Notes under the pieces: model-generated
Database searches by the model: none
What the model was told of the DNA's origin: nothing
What the model saw: the letters and a program-made list of their open reading frames with translations, nothing else
Program-made: the position numbers and the translations under genes
Origin: a virus
Length of the DNA stretch: 64,000 bases
IMG/VR virus record: IMGVR_UViG_3300026538_000054
Span: 64,285-128,284 of that record
Reading direction: 5' to 3' (one strand)
Shown here: positions 17,311 through 25,746 of the stretch, piece after piece
How positions within the stretch are numbered: position 1 is the first letter of the stretch
Layout: every line of letters begins with the position of its first letter

Positions 17311-20133
17311 ATGCCCCTTAACAGCACCGCCGGCCAGGCCCTCGTGAACGCCGTCCTCCCTGAGGAACTGCGCAACCACGAGCGCGCCCTGGACAAGAAG
17401 GGCATGGCCTCGCTCATGAAGGAGGTGGCCAGGAAGCACCCTGAGCAGTACCGAGAGGTCCTCTTTCGCCTGGGGAAGCTAGGCCATCTCACCGCCTACC
17501 ACACAGGGTCTCTCTCCTTTGGCCTGGAACACATGCGCACCGCGGTCAGCGCCAGAGACATGAAGAGAAAGCTGCGCCAGGAGATCGATCAGATCTATGA
17601 CCACCGTTCTCTATCTCAAAAAGAGAAAGAACAGAAGATCGTTGAGCTGGTGAGCTCCTATCAAGCTCCTCTCGAGAAGGCCGTCTACGACGAGTCCCTT
17701 GCCGAGGGAAACCCTCTTGCTCTGCAAGTTCTCTCAGGGGCCAGGGGCAACAAGACCAACCTGCGCTCCCTGAGAGGCGCTGATCTTCTCTACGTAGACC
17801 ACAAGGACCAGCCCGTCCCCATCCCTATCTTGCGATCCTACTCCGAGGGCCTGACCCCGGCTGACTACTATGCCGGCAGTTTCGGAGCGCGAAAGGGCGT
17901 CATTGACGTCAAGCAGGGCGTGGCTGATTCGGGCTTCGCCTCCAAGTTGCTCGTCCAGATGTCTCATCGCCTGGTGACCACCTCTCTGGATCATCCCGAG
18001 CCACCCTCTCGTATCAGGGGCCTGCCTGTTGACCTTGACGACCCTGACAACGAAGGTGCTCTCCTCGCCCATGACATAGGGCCGTTCAAGAGAAACACCG
18101 TCCTCACCCCTGACGTGCTTCACCGGCTCAAGCAAGAAGGCCACAAACACCTCCTTGTGAGATCGCCTACCGTCGGCGGCCCGCCTGACGGAGGAGTGTA
18201 CGCCCGTGACGTTGGTATCAGAGAGAAGGGCGTGATATCTCCCGTAGGAGATTTCGTCGGCATCGCCGCCGCACAGGCTCTCTGCCTAGCTGAAGGCACG
18301 TTGGTCACCCTGGCTGATCTCACTTTCAAGCGCATCGAAGAGGTCGCTCCGGGAGACCTTATTCTGGCGGCCAACAGCAAGGGTGAGACCGCTTCGGCCA
18401 AGGTGAACAGACGTTTCCTTAACGGCCCCCGTGCGTGTTTACGTTACTTCTGGTCGAATCAGGAGCATTCTGTTCTTGCCACGAGCGAACACAAAGTGCT
18501 CAGGCCTGACAAGACCGTCAGGCCCTTCGACCAGACCTCCGTGGTCTTGCTTCATACGCCTCAAGGGCCTACTCCAGCCGCCCTGGATGAGCCTCTTCAT
18601 CAAGAGCCAATCATCCTGCCCACCTATGACCTGGAGATCGACCACCCCGAGCATCTCTACGTGCTCAAGGGCGGCTTGATCGTGGCCAACTCTGAGCCTC
18701 TTACCCAGAGCACGCTGGGCAGCAAGCACTCGGGGGGCGTAGCTGGGGCCAAGAAATCAGGGCCTACGGGCTTCAAATTGCTCTCTTGCTTGGGAGAAGG
18801 CACGTTGGTGCGCATGGCCGACGTGCCTTCCAAGGAGATTGAGAAGATCAAGCCGGGTGACAGGGTCATCGGTGCGAACTTGGAGGGGGGATGGTTCCCC
18901 GTCCAGGTCAAGAACGTCTTTGACAACGGCCAGCGCCCTTGTCGCACGTTCACCTTTGAGTCGATGCTTGGTGAGGAGAGCCTCACTGCCACGGACGACC
19001 ATCTCGTACTGGCTCAGGCGCCCTGCTACAAGATCGACAAGACCCTGGCTGACAAGGGCCTGAAACGGTTTGATGAGTGGGAAGGCGGCCTCAAGGTCTC
19101 GCTGGGAGAGATACGCACGGCGCATAACTTGCCTCACCCGTTGGCGCCTGTGGGCTACAGGCCTGTGAAGGCCGCCAAGGAGCCTGGTTCTCCAGGCGTT
19201 CGTGTCGAGCTCCTCTACGCCACCCCTGAGGTGCTTCTCCCTACCTACGACCTGGAGGTGGATCACCCTGACCACCTCTTCGTCCTGGCCAACGGCCTGG
19301 TGGTGAGCAACTCGCAGATTCAGGTTCCCAAGGCCTTCCCATCTGGAGCTTCTCACTCTCAAGAAGATGGCCGCGTGCAAGCCGTCTTCCCTGCGCCCCA
19401 GGGCGGTAACTACGTGCAGGTCAACGGCCACAAGCACTACGTGGCCCCTGGCTTCGACGTCCTGGTCAAGCCAGGCGATGAGGTTGAATCTGGCGATGTT
19501 CTCAGCGAGGGAGTACCGAACCCTGCGGAAGTGGTGGCTCACAAGGGCGTTGGAGAAGGCAGGGCCTACTTCGTCCAGGCGTTCAGAGACTCGTTCAAGC
19601 GCTCAGGCCTGCAGGCGCATCGCCGGAACATCGAGCTGGTCGCCAGGGGCCTGATTGACCATGTCAGGCTTACCGAGGAGCATGGGCACTACTCCCCGGA
19701 TGACGTAGTGCAGTACTCCCGTCTGGAGAGGGACTGGCAGCCAAGAGACGGTGCCAAGGAAAAGGCCCCCAACGAGGCCATGGGGCACTACCTGGAAGCG
19801 CCGGTGCTGCACTACTCCATCGGGACGAAGATCAGGCCCAGCGTGGTGAAGCGCCTGTCTCAGTTCGGCGTCAAGAGCGTGTTGGTGCATCAGCAACCAC
19901 CGCCTTTTGAGCCTGAAATGGTCAGGGGGATGGAGAACCTGACCCATGACCCCGACTGGATGACGAGATTTCTGGGGCCTTATGTGAAAAAGAACTTCCT
20001 GAAGGGCGTTGCCAGGGGTGACATCTCCGACGAGGCCGGAAGCAGCTACGTCCCTTCTCTGGCCAGGGGAGCGGACTTCAACCGTCTGCCGCCTGTCAAG
20101 GGCTTTGACCCCAGGTCTCTGGGCCAGCTCTAA
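17311..20133 (+). CDS. phage RNA polymerase beta' C-terminal chain with two mini-inteins
   Basis: SGARGN, SYSEGLT..DYY...GARKG.ID.K...ADSG (bridge helix), VRSP, VGIAAAQAL|SEPLTQSTLGSKHSGG (trigger loop), HRRNIELVAR; ATG 17311 preferred over 17101. Confidence 0.93.
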   Translation: MPLNSTAGQALVNAVLPEELRNHERALDKKGMASLMKEVARKHPEQYREVLFRLGKLGHLTAYHTGSLSFGLEHMRTAVSARDMKRKLRQEIDQIYDHRSLSQKEKEQKIVELVSSYQAPLEKAVYDESLAEGNPLALQVLSGARGNKTNLRSLRGADLLYVDHKDQPVPIPILRSYSEGLTPADYYAGSFGARKGVIDVKQGVADSGFASKLLVQMSHRLVTTSLDHPEPPSRIRGLPVDLDDPDNEGALLAHDIGPFKRNTVLTPDVLHRLKQEGHKHLLVRSPTVGGPPDGGVYARDVGIREKGVISPVGDFVGIAAAQALCLAEGTLVTLADLTFKRIEEVAPGDLILAANSKGETASAKVNRRFLNGPRACLRYFWSNQEHSVLATSEHKVLRPDKTVRPFDQTSVVLLHTPQGPTPAALDEPLHQEPIILPTYDLEIDHPEHLYVLKGGLIVANSEPLTQSTLGSKHSGGVAGAKKSGPTGFKLLSCLGEGTLVRMADVPSKEIEKIKPGDRVIGANLEGGWFPVQVKNVFDNGQRPCRTFTFESMLGEESLTATDDHLVLAQAPCYKIDKTLADKGLKRFDEWEGGLKVSLGEIRTAHNLPHPLAPVGYRPVKAAKEPGSPGVRVELLYATPEVLLPTYDLEVDHPDHLFVLANGLVVSNSQIQVPKAFPSGASHSQEDGRVQAVFPAPQGGNYVQVNGHKHYVAPGFDVLVKPGDEVESGDVLSEGVPNPAEVVAHKGVGEGRAYFVQAFRDSFKRSGLQAHRRNIELVARGLIDHVRLTEEHGHYSPDDVVQYSRLERDWQPRDGAKEKAPNEAMGHYLEAPVLHYSIGTKIRPSVVKRLSQFGVKSVLVHQQPPPFEPEMVRGMENLTHDPDWMTRFLGPYVKKNFLKGVARGDISDEAGSSYVPSLARGADFNRLPPVKGFDPRSLGQL
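18283..18690 (+). mobile_element. mini-intein (136 aa, no endonuclease)
   Basis: CLAEGTLV...ATSEHKV...TYDLEIDHPEHLYVLKGGLIVAN|S. Confidence 0.9.
18787..19311 (+). mobile_element. mini-intein (175 aa, no endonuclease)
   Basis: CLGEGTLV...ATDDHLV...TYDLEVDHPDHLFVLANGLVVSN|S. Confidence 0.9.
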
Positions 20134-20162
20134 GCCCTGCGCAGCGGGCTAAATGCTGCGAC
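20126..20162 (+). repeat. 37-bp pseudoknot/CRISPR-repeat-like element overlapping RNAP beta'-C stop codon
   Basis: AGCTCTAAGCCCTGCGCAGCGGGCTAAATGCTGCGAC. Confidence 0.85.
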
Positions 20163-20219
20163 TTTCCGATGTGCCGTGTCTACCCTTGTCTGTTGCGCTA
20201 CAGCGCGGAGGAAATTGCG

Positions 20220-20576
20220 ATGGATGGCTTTGGCCTGGTTCTCGGGCATCTGCTGGGCGACTACATTTTTCAAAACGACTGGATGGCCGCCAACAAGACC
20301 TCCCGTTCGTTCCCGTGCGCCGTTCACTGCACGGCGTACACGCTGGCCGTATGGCTCTGCTCCTTCTGGTGGCTACCTATCTGGGCGCTTGCGGTCATCT
20401 GGCTAGCCCACTTCCCGCTCGACCGCTGGCGGCTGGCAAAGCTCTGGATGGAACGAGTTTCCGGGCAGACCAAGTTCGCTTCGGCACCAGGTCTGGCTCC
20501 CTGGTCCGTCATCGTGGTGGACAACACCATGCACCTGACCGTGCTGTTCTTGCTGGGCGTGTTCGTCCAGGGGTGA
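20220..20576 (+). CDS. DUF3307-like membrane protein
   Basis: GHLLGDYIFQNDWMA..K, HC..Y, HFPLD, VDNTMHL; GGAGG RBS. Confidence 0.8.
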   Translation: MDGFGLVLGHLLGDYIFQNDWMAANKTSRSFPCAVHCTAYTLAVWLCSFWWLPIWALAVIWLAHFPLDRWRLAKLWMERVSGQTKFASAPGLAPWSVIVVDNTMHLTVLFLLGVFVQG

Positions 20577-20577
20577 T

Positions 20578-20667
20578 TCGTCTGAGCCCTGCGCGGCGGG
20601 CTAAATGCCGCGACTAGCCGAGCTGCCGCCCTGTACCAGGCCTCCGCAGCGGCCTTATTGCTGCGGC
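20578..20667 (+). repeat. two tandem 37-bp pseudoknot elements separated by 16 bp
   Basis: 20578-20614 TCGTCTGAGCCCTGCGCGGCGGGCTAAATGCCGCGAC; 20631-20667 CTGTACCAGGCCTCCGCAGCGGCCTTATTGCTGCGGC (compensatory stem change). Confidence 0.8.
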
Positions 20668-20729
20668 AGGATGTTGTGCAGGCAGTCGATGTGTCACGTC
20701 TCGCTCATCTTTCGCACAAGGACACGACC

Positions 20730-21143
20730 ATGGACGATTTCCAGCAGTAACTCCGTCTGCAGGAGCAGCACTACCGACTGCTCCTGAACGGTGAGGAGCC
20801 CAGCACCGGGCCGGTTGAGGACCTCGAGGACCGGATGGATGCGTTGTGGGACAAGTTCACCGAGGAACAACGGAAGGCGGTCATGGCCCTGGATGGTAAC
20901 GAGGGCCTTCCCGAGGTCATCCAGCAAGCGATCAACGCCTACAAGGCCTTGTACGACGCTGGCGGTGGTAGGGGCAACGACACGCCGAGGCCCAAGGTGC
21001 AGCAGGACTTCAGCCCTGCTCAGCTCGGCGATCTTGCCGAGCTGAGTTTGGCCTTTGACGACGCCCGCTGGGGCCTGGAGATGGCCCTTCTCGACAGGAG
21101 GCTCGCCAGCCTCAGTCTCAGCGACAGGAGCGAGGCCCAATGA
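20730..21143 (+). pseudogene. hypothetical protein with premature TAA at codon 7 (or a shorter CDS from 20835)
   Basis: RBS AAGGA plus ATG 20730, MDDFQQ*LRLQEQHY... in frame with ORF 20835..21143. Confidence 0.5.
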
Positions 21144-21508
21144 AAGAGATAGAAGACCTGATCTTCGACTGGATCGACACCGACCTGGCCTACCAGGCAG
21201 CCAGGTCGCGTGGTTACACGAGAAGCCGGGACGACAAGAACTACGTGGCAATGCATCAGGCCCGCGCAGTTTGGGGGCGCGCCTGGCGTGCTCTTGCAAT
21301 TCTTACGAAACCGCTCTACCCGAAGAGCCCTTTGGAGGAGTTGTTTGCGGACTACCAGGCCTTCAGGGAGCGCCACGGCTGCCAGATTGACCCGAAGGAC
21401 ATACCCGCCCCTTTCAGCCAGGAGCTGGCCGAGCTCAGGGAGCGCTGCAGCGTGGCGCTCCTAGCGCTTCGCGGGGCGTACCACAAGCAGTTCGACGAGA
21501 AGCGCTGA
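21140..21508 (+). CDS. hypothetical protein, tandem paralog 1
   Basis: MKEIEDLIFD...DDKNY...ELF.DY.AF.ERHG...DPKDIP..FSQELA...QFDE. Confidence 0.75.
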   Translation: MKEIEDLIFDWIDTDLAYQAARSRGYTRSRDDKNYVAMHQARAVWGRAWRALAILTKPLYPKSPLEELFADYQAFRERHGCQIDPKDIPAPFSQELAELRERCSVALLALRGAYHKQFDEKR

Positions 21509-21553
21509 AGACGCCCGTGGCGTACTCGAGGCTGCGTGCAGGAGCGAGGCCCA

Positions 21554-21979
21554 ATGAAAGAGATAGAAGACCTGATCTTCGACTGTATCGACAACGAACT
21601 GGCCTCCCAGGTAGCCGTGGCGCGTGGCTGTATGAGAGCCCCGGACGACAAGAACTACACAGTACGCGAGGCCTACGCGCGCGCACGCCAGGCTTACGAG
21701 CGCTCACGGCGAGTGCTTGTAAATCTCATGAAGACGGCTGCGCCGAAGCTCGCGATACAAGAGTTGTTCGATGACTACGCGGCCTTCAAGGAGCGCCACG
21801 GCCCACTGGGTGACCCGAAGGACATACCAACCCTTTTCAGCCAGGAGCTTGCTAATCTCAGGTGCCACCACGCCGTGGCGCATCTGGCGCTTCAAGAGGC
21901 GTACGCCAGACAGTTCGACGAGACAGCTAGCGCCAGGTGCGCGACCAGTAGTGGACCAGGTAGCTCTCCGGATGGATGA
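21554..21979 (+). CDS. hypothetical protein, tandem paralog 2
   Basis: same motifs; about 46 bp identical around RBS and start. Confidence 0.75.
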   Translation: MKEIEDLIFDCIDNELASQVAVARGCMRAPDDKNYTVREAYARARQAYERSRRVLVNLMKTAAPKLAIQELFDDYAAFKERHGPLGDPKDIPTLFSQELANLRCHHAVAHLALQEAYARQFDETASARCATSSGPGSSPDG

Positions 21980-22481
21980 CCGGCTCCTCGTCCCAGAGAA
22001 ACGGGTAGAAGAAGTGCCGGGGGTGAATGGTCACTCCCGTCATGTCCTCGCTGAAGAGATCAGGCCCCCAGGGCGGGTATCTATCCACGTAGAAGGGCAG
22101 CCGCGCTACCTGCCGCTTGATCCAGTTATGGCCGGCTTCTGCGCCGAAGACTGCGCTGCAGTAGGTGTGCATGGTCAGGTCACCGGCGAACGCGCGGGCC
22201 TCCAACAAAGGATCAAGTGGCCTCAGGCACTCAATGTCTGCGTCCAGGTACACGCCGCCAAAGGTGTTGACCACGTCCAGGCGCACTACATTGGACCTGG
22301 AAGACGGCTTTACGCAGCGTGGCAGAAAGCGGTAGGTGGCCAATCTCTTGACTGCTGCGTCGTCCCAGAGGACGTACTTCCAGCTCGGGTGCTTGGCCTT
22401 GACCGTCTCCATCCAGGCGCGTTGCTGCTCTGGGACAGGCCCGCCCAACCAGACCTGATGAATGATCTTGGGGATGCTCAT
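21927..22481 (-). CDS. glycosyltransferase, GT32/OCH1-like (DxD)
   Basis: MSIPKIIHQVWLG, HPSWKYVLWDD, SNVVRL...GGVYLDADIECLRPLD, GP, HYWSRTW. Confidence 0.88.
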   Translation of the reverse strand: MSIPKIIHQVWLGGPVPEQQRAWMETVKAKHPSWKYVLWDDAAVKRLATYRFLPRCVKPSSRSNVVRLDVVNTFGGVYLDADIECLRPLDPLLEARAFAGDLTMHTYCSAVFGAEAGHNWIKRQVARLPFYVDRYPPWGPDLFSEDMTGVTIHPRHFFYPFLWDEEPVIHPESYLVHYWSRTWR

Positions 22482-22509
22482 GATTTTGACTCTAACCTGG
22501 GGGAAGAGC

Positions 22510-22683
22510 ATGCGAGTTGTAAGGTGCAGTAGCTGCGGCAAGGACTTGTGCCTGAAGTGTGACGGTGATGGGTGGTTGTACACCGACGCTGCCGAAGGGG
22601 CAGAGTTTTGCCCGGACTGCGCCGGCCCGCACCAGTGCCCCAACGAGGAAACGCATGAAGCTCAAGGACAAGACGGCGGCTGA
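22510..22683 (+). CDS. small Cys-rich protein
   Basis: CSSC..CLKCDGDG..CPDC..H.C. Confidence 0.5.
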   Translation: MRVVRCSSCGKDLCLKCDGDGWLYTDAAEGAEFCPDCAGPHQCPNEETHEAQGQDGG

Positions 22684-22957
22684 CATCGTCGCTACCTGGT
22701 ACAGGCTCAGGGCCCAGGGATGGCGTCGCCATCCCGTCGCTTTGGATAACCTCAGAAGCGCGATGTTGGCTCTCGAAGGGCCTGACCTGCCTGAGGAGCT
22801 TATCGCGTGGCAGGCGGCCGTTGAGGCGGAGCGGCAGATGACCGCTGAGCTGGACGCGGACAACATGGTCCCCATGTTGTCCGCGTTTCGCTTCGTCAGG
22901 GCCAACCAGGCCCTTATCGAGGCCTGTGCAGAAGGAGTAACTGTTGATGGCGACTGA
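22655..22957 (+). CDS. hypothetical protein
   Basis: GAGGA RBS, MKLKDK. Confidence 0.55.
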   Translation: MKLKDKTAADIVATWYRLRAQGWRRHPVALDNLRSAMLALEGPDLPEELIAWQAAVEAERQMTAELDADNMVPMLSAFRFVRANQALIEACAEGVTVDGD

Positions 22958-23267
22958 AAAGCAGAAGAAACTGGCGGCCTCTTTTCCCTACGCCGTTCCA
23001 CAATGCTTCGTCCGGTTCCTCGACAACAACCACGAAGGCATCGCGGTCTACACCAAACGTGGCGGCGCGGTCAGCTTCACGCGCCATCTCGGCACGCCCA
23101 TGAACGCTAAGCTCTGGGAGGACCTGGTGGAGCGGCTGGGCTGCCTGGGGCTGCGTATCTACGGCCCGGGCTTCGACGGTGCGTGGACCATGGGCTTTTT
23201 CGGGCCGGGCGCGTTCATATACCTGGACGAGAACTTCCTCGTCCGGGACATCGAGTTTCAACCGTGA
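22947..23267 (+). CDS. hypothetical protein
   Basis: AAGGAG RBS. Confidence 0.6.
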   Translation: MATEKQKKLAASFPYAVPQCFVRFLDNNHEGIAVYTKRGGAVSFTRHLGTPMNAKLWEDLVERLGCLGLRIYGPGFDGAWTMGFFGPGAFIYLDENFLVRDIEFQP

Positions 23268-23287
23268 GGTGAGCCATACAAGACGAG

Positions 23288-23776
23288 GTGCTTCAGAAGG
23301 CCCTTGAGACCATCAGGGCCGTCGGCGTCAATCTGCCCGACCCTGCTCCCGGTCTCTGTACCGCCGTCGTGCGACCCTACTACCTGACGGCCGACCAGAA
23401 CTGGCTCTGCATCGCGACCCAGATACACGGGCAGGTCGTCTTCGTGCTCAATTTGTTTTCCGGAAAAGCACACGAGAATGAGCAATGCGTGGCCGATTGG
23501 CGGCCTGGTGATGCCCTGGATGACCAACTGCTTGAGCGATTGCGGCTCTTCGTCCGCGTTGACCATGAGGCCCTTCTCGCCCAGGCCAGGGCCCTGCTTC
23601 AGGGCTGGGTGGACAAACAAGCCCATGACCGCTGCTGGTACTACCCTGATGTCTTCCGTGAGTTGGCTGCCTTGCTAGGCGTGAAGACGACCGTCCCTGG
23701 AGGCTTGCCGCCCAGGCCTGAGTTCGAGGACGGCTGCAGGAGATACCAGGACGAGGAGTACAACCGCACGGTTTGA
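23288..23776 (+). CDS. hypothetical protein
   Basis: 162-aa ORF; C-terminal KQAHDRCWYYPD...PPRPEFEDGCRRY. Confidence 0.6.
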   Translation: MLQKALETIRAVGVNLPDPAPGLCTAVVRPYYLTADQNWLCIATQIHGQVVFVLNLFSGKAHENEQCVADWRPGDALDDQLLERLRLFVRVDHEALLAQARALLQGWVDKQAHDRCWYYPDVFRELAALLGVKTTVPGGLPPRPEFEDGCRRYQDEEYNRTV

Positions 23777-23788
23777 CAGCTCACCTGT

Positions 23789-23824
23789 TTACCATTACGC
23801 TGGAGAGCTCCAGCGTAATGGTAA
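23789..23824. repeat. perfect inverted repeat preceding the repeat cluster
   Basis: TTACCATTACGCTGGAG-AG-CTCCAGCGTAATGGTAA. Confidence 0.8.
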
Positions 23825-23828
23825 GGTT

Positions 23829-23865
23829 CTCAGCAAGGCCTTCTCGGCGGCCTCGATGCCGTGAA
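23829..23865 (+). repeat. divergent 37-bp pseudoknot element
   Basis: CTCAGCAAGGCCTTCTCGGCGGCCTCGATGCCGTGAA; a partial copy ends at 23896. Confidence 0.6.
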
Positions 23866-24067
23866 ATGCCGTCGGCGCTGCGCTAAATGCCGCAACTCGA
23901 CCTTGCACACTCGCTCGCGGGCCAGTAGCATGATGGTGCTCGGAGTGCGTGTTGAGCAGGACAGAGGAAGAAGCCTAGTAGTGTAAGCCGTTCCCCGCGC
24001 GGACAGAGCGCCGCCAATAGTGGGCCGCGTCGAACAGCTACCCGACGACCTGACCGACGAGCAGAAC

Positions 24068-24308
24068 GAGCAAAAGCCCTGTGCAGCGGGCTGGATGCTG
24101 CAACTCTAGCAGTTGGGGCCAGGACAGGCCTTGCTACACGTACTGAAGCCCTATACAGCGGGCTGATAGCTGTAGCACGGCGAGCGCGTCGACGCCGAGT
24201 GGTCAACGCACTGAAGCCCTCTGCGGCGGGCTGAATGCTGCAACTGGAAGTAGTTGTTCGACAAGGTGGTCGCACCGAAGCCCTCTATAGTGGGCTGAAA
24301 GCTGCAGC
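24068..24308 (+). CRISPR. degenerate CRISPR-like mini-array: four 37-bp repeats with 35, 31 and 27 bp spacers
   Basis: repeats at 24068, 24140, 24208, 24272; consensus G(C/T)AC(C/T)GAAGCCCTCTGCAGCGGGCTGAA(A/T)GCTGCAAC; unique spacers; no adjacent cas gene. Confidence 0.6.
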
Positions 24309-24342
24309 AGGAGACCGAGAGCTTGGCGGCCCGGCCCATACC

Positions 24343-24597
24343 ATGTCTACACGCACCATCACCGTCCACGATCGATGTACAAAATGCAACCGCACGCTCC
24401 ACTTCATATCCGAAGGCGAGCGAGGCGTGTGCGGTCCTTGCTGGGTGGCCTCTCTCGCGCCCGAGACCAAGAAGGCCATAAATCGCGTGATCGCCAGCGC
24501 CTTCAACGGCAGCGGCGAAGAAGAGAAGAGCCAGGCCGTTGATGGGGCCATGAAGGCCCTCCAGCAAGAAGACAAGAAGCCCTCTGCAGCGGGCTGA
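24343..24597 (+). CDS. small Zn-finger protein embedded between repeats
   Basis: CTKCNRTL...RGVCGPCW; stop codon supplied by repeat copy 24571-24607. Confidence 0.65.
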   Translation: MSTRTITVHDRCTKCNRTLHFISEGERGVCGPCWVASLAPETKKAINRVIASAFNGSGEEEKSQAVDGAMKALQQEDKKPSAAG

Positions 24598-24665
24598 AAG
24601 CTGCAACTGGAAATACTCAAGCATGGGAGTGCCAAAGCCCTCTGTAGCGGGCTAAAAGCTGCGAC
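24571..24665 (+). CRISPR. two further 37-bp repeats with a 21-bp spacer
   Basis: GACAAGAAGCCCTCTGCAGCGGGCTGAAAGCTGCAAC and GTGCCAAAGCCCTCTGTAGCGGGCTAAAAGCTGCGAC. Confidence 0.55.
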
Positions 24666-24679
24666 TGGCGACCGGAGCG

Positions 24680-24871
24680 ATGACGCGCATGTCCGTCGAG
24701 GACGACAAGTTCTGGAACGAGGTAGTAGGCGATCTCCGCAAGAAGCGAGGCTTTGGCCCGCTCACGCCAGAAGAGGCCCAGGCGGCCTATGACGCCGCGC
24801 CGGAAGAGCCTCTCTCCGAGGACAGGATCAAGGAGATCGTCAAATACGCCGTTTCAGGCGGCCAGGGCTAA
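24680..24871 (+). CDS. hypothetical protein
   Basis: GGAG RBS, 63 aa. Confidence 0.55.
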   Translation: MTRMSVEDDKFWNEVVGDLRKKRGFGPLTPEEAQAAYDAAPEEPLSEDRIKEIVKYAVSGGQG

Positions 24872-24909
24872 CCCGACTGAAACGGCGTAGGTAGCACCTC
24901 GTCAGGCCT

Positions 24910-24946
24910 AGAAGCGCCTACTGGAAAACCAGTAGGCGCTTCTTTT
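24910..24946 (+). terminator. intrinsic terminator
   Basis: AGAAGCGCCTACTGG-AAAA-CCAGTAGGCGCTTCT then TTT. Confidence 0.8.
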
Positions 24947-25032
24947 GTCTGTATCATCCCGATAAGCCAGGTGGCCAGGGCGGAGCAGAGGCCACCTGGC
25001 ACCGTACACGCCTTCAACGAGAAGTAGGCTTG

Positions 25033-25746
25033 ATGCCCGTAGCAGTTCAATCCCTGGGCGACGTTCTTATTCAAGAGGTGCTTGAGCACCCCGAGGACGA
25101 CGTCCCCCGCCTGATCTACGCCGACTGGCTCGCCGAGAACGATCAGCCCGTCAGGGCCGAGTTCATCCAGCTCCAGTGCCGGCTGGCCAAAGAGCAGCCC
25201 GACTACGCCCTTGACACTGGAACTTCACCCAGGGCCTACACGTCCTCGGGCGACCCTCGTATCAGGCGGGCCTACGCGCTCTTCCAGGAACTGGCCTTTC
25301 CTACCGTCAGCAAGGGCCCGATTACCTTGACTTCCTTTCAATGGACCGCGGCCACCTGGCGACGAGGCTTCGTGGAGGGCCTCTCCTTGAGCTGCTCGGA
25401 ATTCACGAGGCTAGCGCGGCTAGTGTTCAAGCTGCACCCGGTCACGCGCGTGCAGCTCAAAGACAGGCAACCGACCTGGTGCCCGGGATGGAACGGTTAC
25501 TGGAGTTGGCGCGTTACGGGTGACGAGGTCCCGTTTTTTAGCGACGGCTTCTTACTGCCTCACGAAATCTTCAATCTCCTCGGCCCTGGGCACAGGGAGT
25601 CGCAACACGGTCAGTGGCGGCACTTTGACAGCAAGGAGAGGGCCGTACAAGAGCTCTCTCAGGCCTGTGTCGCCTTTGGCATCACCAAGAGGAAGGAGGG
25701 CCTCTCTGAGGCCCTGTCGGCAGAAAGCGAGAAAGATACCTCATGA
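25033..25746 (+). CDS. TIGR02996 domain protein
   Basis: VLEHPEDDVPRLIYADWLAENDQPVRAEFIQLQCRLA...WRRGFVE. Confidence 0.9.
   Translation: MPVAVQSLGDVLIQEVLEHPEDDVPRLIYADWLAENDQPVRAEFIQLQCRLAKEQPDYALDTGTSPRAYTSSGDPRIRRAYALFQELAFPTVSKGPITLTSFQWTAATWRRGFVEGLSLSCSEFTRLARLVFKLHPVTRVQLKDRQPTWCPGWNGYWSWRVTGDEVPFFSDGFLLPHEIFNLLGPGHRESQHGQWRHFDSKERAVQELSQACVAFGITKRKEGLSEALSAESEKDTS

Noticed and set aside
23829-24665. Canonical adaptive CRISPR-Cas locus
   Set aside because: No cas1/cas2 or effector recognised in the window; repeats are heterogeneous and spacer lengths vary widely, so it is reported only as CRISPR-like
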